This document shows positions 13,373 through 28,099 of a stretch of 64,000 nucleotides of DNA, piece after piece; position 1 is the stretch's first letter; every line of letters begins with the position of its first letter. The notes below the pieces were generated by a model. It made no database searches, was not told the origin of the DNA, and worked only from the letters and a program-made list of their open reading frames with translations. Source of the stretch: Carcharhinus longimanus (lineage: Eukaryota); NCBI GenBank assembly GCA_030264375.1, contig JASCQW010000168.1, forward strand, positions 10,781,102-10,845,101. Reading direction: 5' to 3'. A program made the translations under genes and the position numbers.

Positions 13373-16300
13373 ATATGGCATGATTCATCAAAAGTTCTGC
13401 TTTTTTGCAGAGGGGAAAATAATGGGTACTGTTTGTGGCATCATCTCCACAGCTCTGAAACAAATAAATCCTACATCAGTTAACGTACCTGCTCAATTTT
13501 CAAACATCTAATTTCAACAACTTAGTTAGTTCATTCAACAATGGAATGAAGCTCCAATCTCCAAGTCATTTTTTTTGCCCCCCACGCTATTAAGCCCAAT
13601 TGAGGCTCAGGAATAATCAAGTTTCGACTGTTAATAATGCATCCTTTGCTTGTTGCTTTTAACTGTGAAGCATTCCTGCTGACAATAAAGCAAGCTTCTT
13701 GAAATCATTGCTGCTAACACTTCTACTGTATCACAATTTGCTGATTCTTAAATAATGAAACAGAATGATTTCATTATTTCCTTTCACCCTACTGAATAAG
13801 TATTCAGCATCAATAGCAAGGTTATTCCCCTCGGTTTAAAAACTTGCACCATATAAGCCTCAGGTTCAGATATCATATAAATTATTTGTCATACATTTAT
13901 TTTTGAAGGATAATAATGATGACAGTAGTAGAACAGAGGCCAAGTTCTTTAAAAAAAACAAATGCTCTGGCATGTATTTTCTTCCATCAAATGTCTCTCA
14001 ATGAATCACAGCAAAAAGTAGAATAATGTATGGAAGAATTTGGGACCTAAAAGGTTAATAGAGAGTGGCAGAACAGAAAACGCATCTGTCAGCCAGTATC
14101 AAATTACAAGGCTTACTCCTAGATGGTTAGAGAAAAGAGCCTGCAGCACAGCACAGATTACGTGCATACACGGTGGTGGGGGAGGAAGACATTCTGACAG
14201 AAGATGAATCACAACATAACCTCCAAAAAACTCAATTGTAAAATTGGTCATTTTAATGAATACATTGTACTTATGATATCAATAATGCAAACTGTTCCTG
14301 AAAACAGGCAAGTCTGTCCCCTTTTATATTACCAGCTCTTTCATTAATTGCTTCAGACTACAGTTCCCTGGCAACAGCCTGCCACTGCACTTTTGGCTCC
14401 AGTTCAACATTTTTTCTTGAAAAACAGCATCGCTGCTGCCTGTGCTATTGCTAGATTGGCTAAGTGTTCTAATAATGCAGTTTCCACAATCACATGATAT
14501 AGGAGCAGGCACCAAGAGTGCGGCTGCCAAGCAGCATAAATCATCTACCCAAAGCAGTTTATTCTGTAAGCAGATCCAAAGACTAAAAACCAAGGTGGCT
14601 GCATTCTTTCACTGATATCGCAAAACATTAACAAACAATTCAAGAGGTAACATTATTTATTCCAGCAAAATTGCATATACAAAATTTGTATCTTCACATG
14701 ATTTGATGTGAGACAGAAAATAAATAATACCAGCTTTAAAATGATTGTTGCAGTGCAGGTGGCAAGTTGCAGATTGAAGAGGAAAATTATCTATATTAAT
14801 GCTGTGTTAACACATTGAAATGCTTTATCTGCCAATATATTAAATCCCATTTTATCCCAAATTGTGTTGTAAAAGAAGCTGCAAATAACTTGGTTATCTG
14901 TGTGTCGAGATGGGGACATTAAGCAACGGTTGCAGATGCATGTACAACAGTCTGATTCTATATATATATATATTTGACAGTTTTGAAGTGTCAATCTTTT
15001 CTTTTGCCCTCTTGATACCAAGATCGATTAGGGTTGTCCAGAACACAGCAGTGAGCATTAACAAGCTCCAGGCAGTAGAAAACATTAACACTGTGGTCTT
15101 CTAGCTGAAAGAAACTGAAACATTATTTTCAATGAACTCACTAACTGTATAATCAATTGTCACACTTAACACCAGCTGCTCTATTCTCAATGATCAAGTA
15201 GCTCTGCTGCAGTGAAGGAACACAAGAGCATACAATCAAACAGACCAGCTTCAAAACTATAACCACTCGCACTTTGTATTTGCCAGATGTGTCAGAGTCT
15301 CTATCTTTAGATCATGTTAAGATATATTCATGACACTTGAGGTTATATATAATTCTCCCTGACTGCACTTTACATTATTGTGCCACAGGAGCTCCCACTG
15401 CCTGACATCATATGACAGTACCATGCAAAAACAGGATTTGAAGCAGATGTTACCAAGATACACAATAAGATAATTAGTGGATGATGCCTGGAAAGGACAG
15501 CATAGGATGCCAACCTTCCACACCATTTCCATGTCAAAATTAATTTAATAGAGAAGCAAATGATTGAAAAACAGCAATCTGGTGCGGTTTATTTTCTTCA
15601 CAGGAATGCGGCTTTCTTCCCTCTAAATATTTGGCATTAATACCTCTTAACACCACTGACAAACACAACAGCTAGTTTCAGTAATGAACAAATGCCTACA
15701 TTCCCAACAAGTTATCATTCAATTGCTCTGACAGTTTCGGGCTACTGAATATTGGCATAATAGCCATTGTCCAGCTTGACTGGGTTCCTCCAATGAGTCT
15801 CCGGAACATTATTTTAAGCAGAGCTGTGGCTAATTTAAAGCAAGAAGAGTGATGTAGCCAGATTTAAAATAAGATGGAGCAGGTAGTGAAAAACAGTTGA
15901 TTTGAAATAAAAGTTCACTTATATAAATTGAATAGGCATGTGAAGAACTAGCAATTATGCTATTATATTGCATAAGCTTCATGGCTAACTGATTTAATTT
16001 CTCCACATCACTAGTGCAATCAAATCTTAAAGACATATTCAAGTTTTGATGTACTGGTAACTTTGATTATAATCGTTTCAACTACTTATCAACTGATGTA
16101 TTTTTCTTCCAACTGACTAGAAATCTCAGTTTGTGGTTAAGAGAAAGATCAGCATTCTTTTCTTGTCACTTTTTTGGTTCTCTGCAACACAAGCTACTTC
16201 CTAGTTACCAGTTTACTCTTGGATGTCTGGTAAATTTCAACCAACCAATAAGAAATGCACAAGAATGGTCTATTGTTTTCTCCCTCTTCCTGTGTGAAAG

Positions 16301-17199
16301 CACCTGCCTCCACTCAGCACCTCATCAAGAGCAGAGTCAAGGGTGTAAGATATCTGTATGGGGAAATTGCTGCCATCCTGTACGAGAATTGTTGTATTTT
16401 AAACTCAACTAGTTTGAGAAGATGGAGTTCTAAATTATTATTGTTCTTATGACAAGCTAGATTCACAGGCCGGGAAAGTGTTTCAGCAGACAAGGAGGTC
16501 CTAAAACAGATCGTATGCGATTCTGAAAACCTAACCAAGTTAATAGCAGATGAAAATGCTTCATTGCCTCAGATGTGCACCTACATGCTTGAATTCATCT
16601 AGCAACTCCTGACTTAGTTATAGGAGAAACCAAAATACCTGCTGCTTTCCAATAGGCAGTTCTTTTTCAAATAACACCAACCTAAGTGAGGAGCAGCAGT
16701 GATGGATCTGTTTGTGTGGAGGGCATTTTTCAAAAAAGCAGGAATTAACATAACAGGTTGCCCATTACCCTTCCATCCTGCCACAAATCTGTATGCAATT
16801 AATGGTCTGCCAAAGATGCACCTGGGGCATAGGGACCATTAAGAATATTAATAGAACAGATATCTTCCTTTCTAAGCCTTTCAGTCAACATAACAGTGAG
16901 CGATATTCCTTTACTATTCTTACTCCTTATATTCTGTGTACTTTTCCAAGGATTGCCACCTTGCCATAGTGGAAAGGCTCGAGTGTTCTGTTGATCCTGA
17001 GAGTGATGCCATCTTAAACTCCTGGCAGAATCACCCATGACGGTATGGTTGGAGGAGAGGAACCAGACAAAGTGCAATCCAAAACAAAGATTCAATGGCA
17101 GATCAAATAGAAGATACTTGTGTGATATCAATGGTGTAACGGAGGGTGAAGGTTAAGGAGGAGGGAGGAAGGTACCCAGTTATCGAGATTTCCTTGCTA

Positions 17200-18286
17200 C
17201 TGAAACTGGACCTACGTTCTATTAAGCCCTCTAGCAACCTGTCCCAGCGCAAGATCCCATCTCTCCTTCCATCAAGATCAATGAAAAAACCCTCCTAAAC
17301 ATGGAACATTTCCCCTACCCGGGGAGCCACCTGTCACCTGAGGTGATGCAGTGATCCAACATTGTATCCAATCCACCAGAACGGACACTCAAGGTTGAGA
17401 GCCTTTGATGGCAGTTGGGCAGTTTTAAAATCACTCAAGTCACTTCATAAGTCAAAACATCTCACAAAGTAGGATGCACTCAACCATCTCAGTTACCTGA
17501 AACCTTTCACTGTTGTTAAACACACTTAGGGGTTTTATAGAGTTATTTTCAGGAAAGTAATTCATCTTTACAGGAAATATTTCTGCCCATACACAAACCT
17601 GTTTGTATCTGTAAACAAGCGAACCATTTTTGCCTTCACACACTGATCCATGCTGATCCTAGATCCTCATGTACATGACAGTCATCTTCCCAACTCTTCT
17701 TACAGCTCACAAACTTGGACTGCATACAGGCACCATTTCAAGGCCCTGGAGACGGATGCCTCACTACAGCTGGGAGGACAGACATACTAACATCAGTGTC
17801 CATGAAGGTGCCAAGAGCGTCAGCATCAGTGCCATGTTCATCCGAAACCACAACTTAGGATGCAACATTCCTGACTGCCAAAGCAAATCTTGGCCCAGGT
17901 CAAAGGAGGCGCCCAAACAACAGGGGAACATAGGAAGCTCTTTAAATACAATGTGAAAGCTCACCTCAAGAAATGCAACATAGATATCAATGCCAGGGAG
18001 ACCCTTCTCAAAAGAAACTGCTTGGAGGAACCTTCTGTTTGAAAGGACACAATTCTTTGAGGATATCTGACAAGAGGTCCAGAAAAGAAGCCTGAGAAGA
18101 GAATGCCAGTGGCCTAGAGTCAAAGACCAATTCTATCTCCCAGAAATAACTGACAAGTGTGTGGTCGAAGATGTGCTGACCCTGGAATCGCATCAGCCAT
18201 GCATGGACCCACAGAATCCATGACCAGTGACACAGAGTTTCTTAGGTGGACAATCATACTTATAAGCGCATGATTGCTGAAGAAGA
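17200..18286 (+). mobile_element. Decayed RTE-like LINE 3' part, interrupted by an inverted copy of its downstream flank
   Basis: Motifs resemble the RTE at 1-610 (tgggaggacagacatactaacatcagtgtc; aaagctcacctcaagaaatgcaacatagatatc). It ends in gattgctgaagaaga. Confidence 0.6.
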
Positions 18287-18510
18287 TCCTGTGTAAAGGC
18301 AAAAATGGTTCACTTGTTTACTGATACAAACAGGTTAGTGAATGGGCAGAAATATTTCCTGTAAAAATGAATTACTTTCCTGAATATAACTCTATAAAAC
18401 CCCAAAGTGTGTTTAACAACAGTGAAAGGTTTCAGGTAACTGAGATGGTTGAGTGCAACCTACTTTGTGAGATGTTTGAGTTATGAAGTGACTTGAGTGG
18501 ATTTTCAAAC
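17422..18510. repeat. Long inverted repeat: arms ~17422-17642 and ~18291-18510, spacer ~650 bp
   Basis: Manual alignment of the left arm against the reverse complement of the right arm gives about 13 differences over ~220 bp. Confidence 0.95.
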
Positions 18511-19130
18511 AGACCAAGCAGGTACTTGAGAGCACAGCAACAGAAAACTGATCAATGTCAACTTGAAGAATGGCACATAGAAGGAATCAGGTAGGTAACA
18601 GTGTAATTCCTGGCAAAAGCATCTAAACATTTAGTATATGAAATTCATTCACTAAGAGATACAGATGGATATTGCAATTGTCTACAGCAGACAATTAAAT
18701 TCATAATGGCACAAACCGTTGACTTGATGAACAATATGGCTGTTTTTCACTGGAACATTAGGTCAGACAATCCACTTTTTAGAAATTCTACCTTATGTGC
18801 AATATATTGACAGATTTTCCAAAGGGATTTCTGAACAGTCAAATGTTACTGGCTGCGAGTTGTTCACGGATTATTTAGTAACCATAATGAAATCAGCAGG
18901 AGGGGAAGGCTGCTTCCTGGTAAACACATTTTAATCAGGCTACTTGTCTGAATAAAGTAATATTGGATACCCTACCTAAAGTAAACAGATTAAGCTTCAG
19001 GGAGCTTATGTTTATGCTCAAGGGAGATGTTAATAAAGTTCCTACAGGTTATCAAGTAACGAGGATAACATTCTCAAAAATAAAGGGACAATGGTCCTTT
19101 GCATGACAGTGCTTCACAAAGGGTCTCCTT

Positions 19131-19395
19131 TAGAAACCATAGAAACCCTACAGTACAGAGAGAGGCCATTCGGCCCATCGAGTCTGCACCGACCACAATT
19201 CCATCCAGGTCCTACCCCCATATCCCTACATATTTCACCCACTAATCCCTCTAACCTACACATCTCAGGACACCAAGGGGCAACTTAAGCATGGCCAATC
19301 AACCTAACCCACATATCCTTGGACTGTGGGAGGAAACCGGAGCACCCGGAGGAAACCCACGCAGACACGAGGAGAACGTGCAAACTCCACACAGA
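19131..19395 (-). mobile_element. HE1-like SINE (young, head lost in gap)
   Basis: Tail tagaaaccatagaaaccctacagtacagagagaggccattcggcccatcg and central domain gggaggaaaccggagcacccggaggaaacccacgcagac; CpGs are retained. Confidence 0.9.
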
Positions 19396-20239
19396 NNNNN
19401 NNNNNNNNNNNNNNNNNNNNNNNNNNNNNNNNNNNNNNNNNNNNNNNNNNNNNNNNNNNNNNNNNNNNNNNNNNNNNNNNNNNNNNNNNNNNNNNNNNNN
19501 NNNNNNNNNNNNNNNNNNNNNNNNNNNNNNNNNNNNNNNNNNNNNNNNNNNNNNNNNNNNNNNNNNNNNNNNNNNNNNNNNNNNNNNNNNNNNNNNNNNN
19601 NNNNNNNNNNNNNNNNNNNNNNNNNNNNNNNNNNNNNNNNNNNNNNNNNNNNNNNNNNNNNNNNNNNNNNNNNNNNNNNNNNNNNNNNNNNNNNNNNNNN
19701 NNNNNNNNNNNNNNNNNNNNNNNNNNNAAGCTGAACCAGTTGCAACTTTACTGTGCCTAACGAAAACTCAGACAAATCAACATGTCCATCAAACCTTTTT
19801 GTAAGATGTTTAAGATCCATTATAATCCTCTGATGGGATAGTACTTCCAAAGTCAATTGTTTTTATTGGTAACTCTCTATAGACATCAACCAAATTGGAT
19901 TTTCTTTTTGGTTATACATCTACATTGAATCTTGGATTTCGGATTTGTAATTAATAGGCCTCAATTAAGATTCTCAAGGAAGCAACTGTACTTTGCAGTA
20001 CATTAGTGGTAATCACATGTCAAAAGCAACATTGAAACACATAGGGACTAAATCTCAATGTACAGATACAGAGAATAAAGAATCAACAACCTGAGCTAAA
20101 ATAGATGAAAGGCAGAAAATAAGAACTAGAAATATCATACACATGAAAACCTGTATTAGAAATCCAATAGAAAAATGGATTAAATAAAAAAATTGATGCA
20201 AATTAAATTTAAGCATTGCAGCAGTAAGGGCATAGAAAT

Positions 20240-20465
20240 TTCATTCCAGATCACGTCCTGGTCATTATTCATCCCCTAATCGACAACACTGAAAACAAAT
20301 TAACTGGTGTTTATCACATTATTCTTTGGGGAAGTTTGCTGTGTGCTACTTAGTGCCCCATTTCCTCTGGTACAATGACAATATTTTAAAAGGTACATCC
20401 TTGCCTGAAGAGTGTTTTGGAATGTCCTGAAATGTGAAAGTTGCTTTTAAATGCAAGTCTTTCAT
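20240..20465 (+). mobile_element. DeuSINE-like SINE 3' half with an L2-type tail
   Basis: gtcctggtcattattcatcccc...tttggaatgtcctgaaatgtgaaagttgcttttaaatgcaagtctttc. Confidence 0.55.
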
Positions 20466-22002
20466 TTTTTCTTTACTGTTTGACTGTTTGGTTATTTCTC
20501 CAATTTGCAAATTGGTGGTTTATTACCAAGGAAAGCAGATATACAATACAACTGAAGCAGCTATGAACATTTATGCAACAATGTTACACTAAATTATGAA
20601 TTCAAAGTGTCAAGATTGTGGTTCCATATGTAAAAATGTAGACAGATTCTTCAAATTGTGTGATCATGTCCAAATCTCAAACTGTGGCCTCAATGCATTA
20701 ATCCTGCCCTGGTCTCTTTGCAGTTATTGAAATGGTTGACCATACCATCCTCCCCTGACATCTCTCACCTGATGACCAGCTGAACAGGATCACCTTCATT
20801 GGTTCTACCCTTAATCCACATAGAATAGCAGGTTCTTGAATACTGATTCTGTTCCCACCACCAACAAAGACCCATCCATGATCCTTTTCTCCTTTTCCTG
20901 TAGCCAGGTCATTCACAAATATGGACAGCTTTCAAATGTACATGGACGACACCTATTGCTACCCTCTGCATGCTGACATCGCTTGCCAGAATTTCCCTGT
21001 TATAGATTGGGAAGGTCAAAGGCATCGTCTTCCGATATATACGTGGTCTTTACCCGTGCCACTGATTTGATCCCAAGTAACTAACTTAGACAGAATCAGA
21101 CTGATTCCAAGCTCCAACATCCTAACTCAATTCAAACTCAATATTCTCTCCATGACAAAGGGAGGCTTTCACTTCAACCCATTTGCCCAACCTTATTGAT
21201 TTTTGGCCAGCCATTCAAACTTCAACTTTGCATCGTTGTGTTTAAACCATCCCTGATTGTCGCTCTAGACCTGTAACCTCCTCAGCAGCACCATGATTTG
21301 TATAAAATAGCCTGTTGATTTTTAATTCTGAAAGCAACTGCTACTGTTACACCTGATCACATTTTTAAATAGATATATGAAAACTTTCCATTGTCAAAAA
21401 GTACTGCTGGAGCTAGGCAAGAGTAGCCTCAGCTTGATATAACAACCCAGCAGCTATTTATGTATTTCTTTTCATAATGGCAGTTCAGCATTGTAAAGGA
21501 TTTTTTTGCACAAATACTTAGGGGCATTTGAACATGAATTTAAGCTACAGAAATGCAAGCATTTACTTTTAGCTGCATGTCTAACGAACACGAGAACTTT
21601 TTATAAAAAATAAACAACATAAAACATCTTTGATTATTTCATTAGTCAGTGAGCTTCATATGATTAGCCTTCTGTGTGCCTAAATGTGAGAGCAGGCATG
21701 GCAAAACAGATTAATTTTTACATTACATTTCCTAAGTTTCCCAAGATGCAAGATTACAAGGTTTTGTTCAGGTTTCAATTTTTGCACAAAATATAAGAAA
21801 AACTGATCAGCATGCTTGACAGGCTATTTGATTCTTGGAAAGCGTAATATGCCTTGGGTCTGAAGAAACTTCTTTATGTTGGTCAGTGGATTAAGACAGC
21901 ATTTCCATAGGCAGGAACTTGTTATTAATTCTTGTAGATCTCCATGAAGATTAGCTACTTGTAATGTCCTGTAGGGATCAGTGTCAGCGGAGTTGCTTTG
22001 TT

Positions 22003-22304
22003 ATCATAGATTCCCTACAGTGCAGGAGGTGGCCATTTGGCCCATTGAGTCTGCACTGACCACAATCCCATCCAAGCCTTATTCCCGTAACCCCACATAT
22101 TTACCCTGCTCATCTCCCAAACACTAAGGTCAATTTAGCGTGGCCAATCAACCAAACCCACATATCTCTGGACTGTGGGAAGAAGCCTGAGCACCTGGAG
22201 GAAACACATGCAGACATGGGGAGAATGTGCAAGACAATAACTGAGGCCAGGATTGAACCCAGGTCTCTGGCACTGTGAGGCAGCAGTACTAACCACTGTG
22301 CTGC
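22003..22304 (-). mobile_element. HE1-like SINE, near full length
   Basis: Reverse-complement head gcagcacagtggttagtactgctgcctcacagtgccagagacctgggttcaatcc with a B-box, the central domain, and a CR1-like tail. Confidence 0.9.
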
Positions 22305-22329
22305 TTTCTTCAGTAATGGGCTGAAGGCA

Positions 22330-23385
22330 AGTGTAGGGGCAATGGTCCACAAATTTGAGGACAATATATAGATTTTTGCAAGTGTGAGGATTGTGGACAC
22401 AAATATACAGCTACAAATGGATCTTGATGAGATGACCAATGGACATTGTGTGAATGGTATTTAACTTGGTTAAATATAGCGTCACACATGTGAGTAGAAC
22501 CAACACCAAAAATACTTATAACATTCAGAGTTCAGCACTGAAGTCTGTTATGAAAGATAGATCCGTGTTACGGTATATAATTCTTTCAAGGTTCACGATG
22601 CTGTGGTGTTAGCTAAAGCAAATAGTGTAATAGGTTGCTTGGTCAGGACAATTTTATACACAAAATAAGACACACCAATTTGTCCTCTACAGGGCTTTGG
22701 GCAGCCAGGTCTTAGATTGTGTCCACTTCTGGCTCCTTCTCATAATGGGTGTAACAGATACATTGGAAAAGGATCAAAGAGGGGTCATAAGAATGATGCC
22801 CATTTTCAAACTTCCTTACCAAGACAAGAGATGTATTGGCGCATTGGTGACCTGTTCAAGGTAGTTAAGTAATAGAAACAAGACAGTCTTCAGTGACAGA
22901 TCATTTCAATTGAATAGGTTGGGGAGGTTCAGGGTCATGCCTGTGTGATACAAGGGTAGAACTGAGTTAGGTGTATATGAAAGTTATTTCTCCCCCATGG
23001 GCTAGTTAGTTAAGAAACTAAATTGCTGGCTCACATGGTGATTTGCTAGACATTTTCAAAAGAGGGCTGAAGCTGTTTCTGGATGCGACAGACATCACAG
23101 AACACAAATGCCAGGTGGAATCCCAGGTGTTATGAATCAGGGCAAATATTGTCTCAGGCATTGGCCTTGGTCATTAAGTTGGTCAAAAGACTAAATTTTT
23201 CCTCCTAAATTGATCTTACTTTTTAAAGTCTGTTTTGTTTTGTCTCTCCAGCTGATTAATTTGTTGCTGGTGTCAAGGTAGGGGTGTTGTTGTTGTTCAA
23301 TATGATGCTCAAGGAGGAACCATAACTGTTTGAGCAAGGCTGGGTGGGCCAACTGGTCTTTACCTGTCCATCATTTTGTATGTTC
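22330..23385 (+). mobile_element. Ancient CR1-like LINE 3' part
   Basis: Degenerate remnants of CR1 C-terminal motifs (aaagcaaatagtgtaataggttgc; gtccacttctggctcc; ttggaaaaggatcaaagaggggtcataagaatgatgcc) and a tail gggccaactggtctttacctgtcc. Confidence 0.6.
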
Positions 23386-23576
23386 ACACAAAACTGTCTA
23401 GATATATGGCTCTGTTCCTTATTTAGTTGTCGTCATCACTGACTGCAAATGTAACTCACTTGTATTTCCCAATGTTTGATTTTGATTTACAGCGAAGTTC
23501 AGATACACGGAATAAGTCAGGTGAAGTGTTCCATTTTAAGTAACAAACCTTTGACAATGTCTGTAAAGCATATTTA

Positions 23577-23738
<162 letters not shown>

Positions 23739-26165
23739 TCACACTTTAGATAGAAAACAGTCTTTCAAAACACATTATCCTTTTTACAGAACATGCAATA
23801 TTCAGTAACTTCAGCAGAATTTTTTTTAACTGATGTGTAACAATATAAAGTTGTTTACCGATTTACAGTGATTAGTTCTGCCAGAAGATGTTAAGTAACA
23901 GCTTTTACAGGATACTCAGTGGTGCACTGGTTGAAAGGGCAAGAGATTCCTCAGGATTCCCACTGAAAAGGATGGGGGAGGTGGAATGCACTATTAATAA
24001 AGCACTATAGAAAAACTCTCAGCAAACTCGAGAAATCTTCGAATTTGCACAAGGCCTGTCTGTGTCCAAGATAAAAGTTTTGTTATGTGTGTAAATGTAC
24101 TGGTGAAAACTGGTTGGAATGTTTGGACTACTCTAATTTGGTCAACTTATNNNNNNNNNNNNNNNNNNNNNNNNNNNNNNNNNNNNNNNNNNNNNNNNNN
24201 NNNNNNNNNNNNNNNNNNNNNNNNNNNNNNNNNNNNNNNNNNNNNNNNNNTGGTCAACTTATAAGTTTGTATACTTTCAGTAAGTTGTGATTTACTGCCT
24301 CTTTCTCAGCGTATTAACTCACCCTGTGAAATGGTACAAAGCTAGTGCTTTGTACAAGTACCCAGGCAATGAATGACAGCAAGTTATATTCACTATGGGG
24401 AGCAACAGTATTCCATTCCATTACTAACCAACTGGTTCCTATTTATGTGAACTTTCTACCATGGTCACAGACAGTGATTAGGACTAGAATATTGACTGAT
24501 ATTTTCCCTTCTGAATACCAGGATAATAAAGCTAATAGTGTGCATCTGCTGCTGCTCTGGCTGAGGTGAACTACCTCAACTCAGACTAGAGATGAAATAT
24601 GGAATATTTATAATTAGTATTACTTAGTGCACATCCAATGCTATGCTTAGTCACAGCCATCAAAGAAGCTTCAAACAATTTTCTTTTCATTCTGCAAGTT
24701 ACTTCAATAATTTCTCCAAATGTTCATTTTTCTCAGAAACCCCATTCATCTCAGTGGAAGTATTATGGATTAATTAAAAATTTCTTGAAAAGCATTTTGT
24801 CAGACATGAAGAATATTGAAAACCTAATTTATACATAGAACTCAATGTTATATGTAATTTCACAAACATTTAGTAAAAATTTTCAATACTTAAGGAAAGA
24901 TAACGTGCTGATTGTTTAAATACTTTTTGGTACAACCACACCAATTTACTAATATACCACACTTAATCAAGACAATGTGTACAGACCAGCAGCATTAGGT
25001 CAACATTTTAGGCTATGTTTACAGCCAAAACTATTTCTACCACTATGAGAGAGAAAAATTCTACTGCACAAGGTTAGCAGCGACACTGTAATCCTTCACT
25101 TTGTGTGCTCTTCATTTTCACTTTCACTGTACTCTCAACAGCAAGTAAAGCTGGGAGGATAGCAATTGGCAAATATCATCTTAGAGATAGCTAAAATAAG
25201 AATCACCTATTCTGCCAGCTGCATCCCTCCCTAGTTCCAAACAATAAATCATTACCACTCCAAGTTATTTTTAGACTCCTTGTTCCTAATGAGTAGGACA
25301 TGTGGCTTTTCCAATCAAATTTTCTTTTAAACATTTGCATTCAAAATTTTTTCTTATGATTGAAAACCATGGATTATGCAAACGTTTCTTTTTGTACTGT
25401 GTACGTAAGCCAGCATTTAGATGAGTTCCATCATGAAACAAATGCCAGTTAACCCCCAAAATTATTGGGTAATTTTATGGGTACATTAGTGGATAGGTAG
25501 AGATGGAAAAAGACGGATACAAGGAGAAAAGTGTACGCATAGGGTTAGTTGCTGACTTACTGTGACCAACGGCTCAAATCTAAAATGTGATAACAACTGT
25601 TATAATTAGCTTCCAGGTTCCCAGGCTTTGTGGAGCACATAGATCCAGTCTTGATTTTAACTCCTGCTGTCTGACAGAAGTCAGACATTTGAACAGAAGG
25701 CAATCACAACCTCACCAATCTCATTGCTACCTTGCCACACCCTAATGTTAACTTGCAGTGGCCCTTCAACACCCAACTCCAGTATGTTGAAGGTTTGATA
25801 TGAATAGTGATCTTCACTCCAGCAGGCCTGGCCTGCAGCGGGGAGTTAGAGTATGGACCAAGACATCCAGGCAGATGTTTTATACTTCAATCTAGAAAGC
25901 TCTGGGCTTTGCATTAAAGGGTTTCCCTTGCCCTGCCATGCACACACCAATCATCTCCAGAATTGTCCCTGTTCGACTGAGAGTGGGGACTATTCCCATC
26001 CACTGATCAGGAAGTTAAAGGGGAGGTTTCTGGCTGGGTTAGTCTAGGACACTGGGAATTAGATAAATATTTGAATTAGGAAAAAGATACAGGGCCGTGA
26101 AGAGATAGAATGAGGGTAGAATAAGTTTTGGATTGCGCTATCAAAGGATCAGAAGAAACATGATG

Positions 26166-26292
26166 TGCGGTATTTTCCAGCCACACACGCCCCATGGGTA
26201 GAAAATCCCGCCCAAGGTCAATGGACTTCTTTGTGGTCCGTGTCTTGCCTGTTGAGATTCCCGTGGCAGGCAGGACGGGGAAATTCTGGTCA
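26166..26292. mobile_element. Short GC-rich MITE-like insertion inside a CR1 tail
   Basis: Imperfect inverted ends (attttccagcc ... ggggaaattctgg) interrupt the CR1 tail between gaaacatgatg and ggtcaaactgcctcc. Confidence 0.4.
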
Positions 26293-26449
26293 ATGGGTCA
26301 AACTGCCTCCAACTGCACAATAAACTTTGTGGTTCTTAGAGAATGAGCTTACAAATATCAACCAAAATAATCCAAGAGCTTAGGAGATCAAGAATTTGAT
26401 TCAATTATTAAAGTGACTGAATACAAAATCGCATCTTTAATTGCTTTAT

Positions 26450-27760
26450 CAGTTGCTACTCCAACAAGGAATGAAACAGTTCTTGAACTGGTCCTCCATA
26501 ATGAAACAGAGCAGATAGGTAACCTAAAAAAACAAATGTGCATTTGTGAAACAGGGACCACAACATAATTTGGTTCAGAGCATGATTGATCAGAAAAAAA
26601 ATCGGTTAAATCAACTGAAGAAAATTTTGGACAGAAAATAATAGACCAACAACGAGAAATACTTAAAATATAGTGAGCATACATCATATACATTCCAAAA
26701 CCTCAGATGGAGAAATGCAATTCCCCTGTCAAAAAAAGAACAGGGATAAACTAGGAAATTATATCCTAATTAATCTTCTACTATAGTCTTGTAACAAAGA
26801 TTGAGGTTACAATGAACGATTCAACGAAGTGGGCATGGATCTCTAAAATGCTGGCTATATTTGATTAATAATCATAGAATTCTTTGAAGCAACACAAGAG
26901 AGAATAAATCAAGGAAATAAGCAGAAAAACAATTTGAAATTTTGTGATACTGAGCCATTGAAGGAGAAATCAGGAAAAATTACCAAAAGCTTGATAATGA
27001 GTTAAGTTTTAGGAATATCTTAAAACAGAGAAACAGAGAGGTTTAGACAGGGAATTCCAAAACTGAGGACCAAGGTAGCTGAAATCACAGCCACATCAGA
27101 GGCTTACAGCAAAGACAATGTGGTACAATGAACTAAAGAGAATTTTGCCATATGTATAGATCGTTGGCGGGCAGAAAGCAAAGGGAAATTTCTTGGACTG
27201 GAAATGTGTTACGTCTGTTGTTTTGTGGTGTATTGGGGCTGTTGTTATTTCTACATACTTAATGAAATAAGATAAGATTAATGGAATATCAAAATTTGAT
27301 GATCATACCAAATTAGGGGAAAAGTAAATTGTGATGGGGAGAATGAAATATTGCATGGAAAGAAAGTTTAATGTACAAAAAAATTGTGTGTTTTGGAAGG
27401 AAAAACAAGGATGCACCTTAAATGCTAAGATCTGAAATGTACTCAAGGAGAAGGGCCTTAATGCGTGGACATGACAAACTAAAAGTTGCACATATAGTTG
27501 AGGCCATTAAAAAGGGTACTGGAATCCATAGTAATGAGTCTGAAGCATGCTACAGCAAAATCCCACCTTAAGTACCTATTTTAGGAAGGATAGAAAAACA
27601 ACATAGATTATCAGGGATGTTATCATAAAGTGAGAGATCTGAAGAAAGACTTCAGGATGTTGGCTCTTTTGCACTGGAGTACAAAGGGCTGAGGTATGAC
27701 TTGATAAATCAAGATTTTTGTAAAATCCATCAATAATGTGGTATAGAGGAGGCCACTGGG
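26450..27760 (+). mobile_element. Ancient fragmented CR1 ORF2, with a probable minus-strand L2 piece at ~26940-27110
   Basis: Endonuclease-region remnant PTRNETVLELVL; RT remnants (ggaaattatatcctaattaatctt, atcaaaatttgatgatcataccaaattagg). Confidence 0.55.
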
Positions 27761-27792
27761 CCAATTTAGTTGGAGAGCTGTACTAGAGTCTA

Positions 27793-28044
<252 letters not shown>

Positions 28045-28099
28045 TTAAAAAAGGGAACATTGTCTAAATTGTAATTGGAAATTTAAAATAAAAAAGCTA

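Noticed and set aside
24139-24262. Direct repeat tggtcaacttat on both sides of a 100-N gap
   Set aside because: Most simply a contig-end overlap. It could be the TSD of an unassembled insertion, but this cannot be decided from the sequence.
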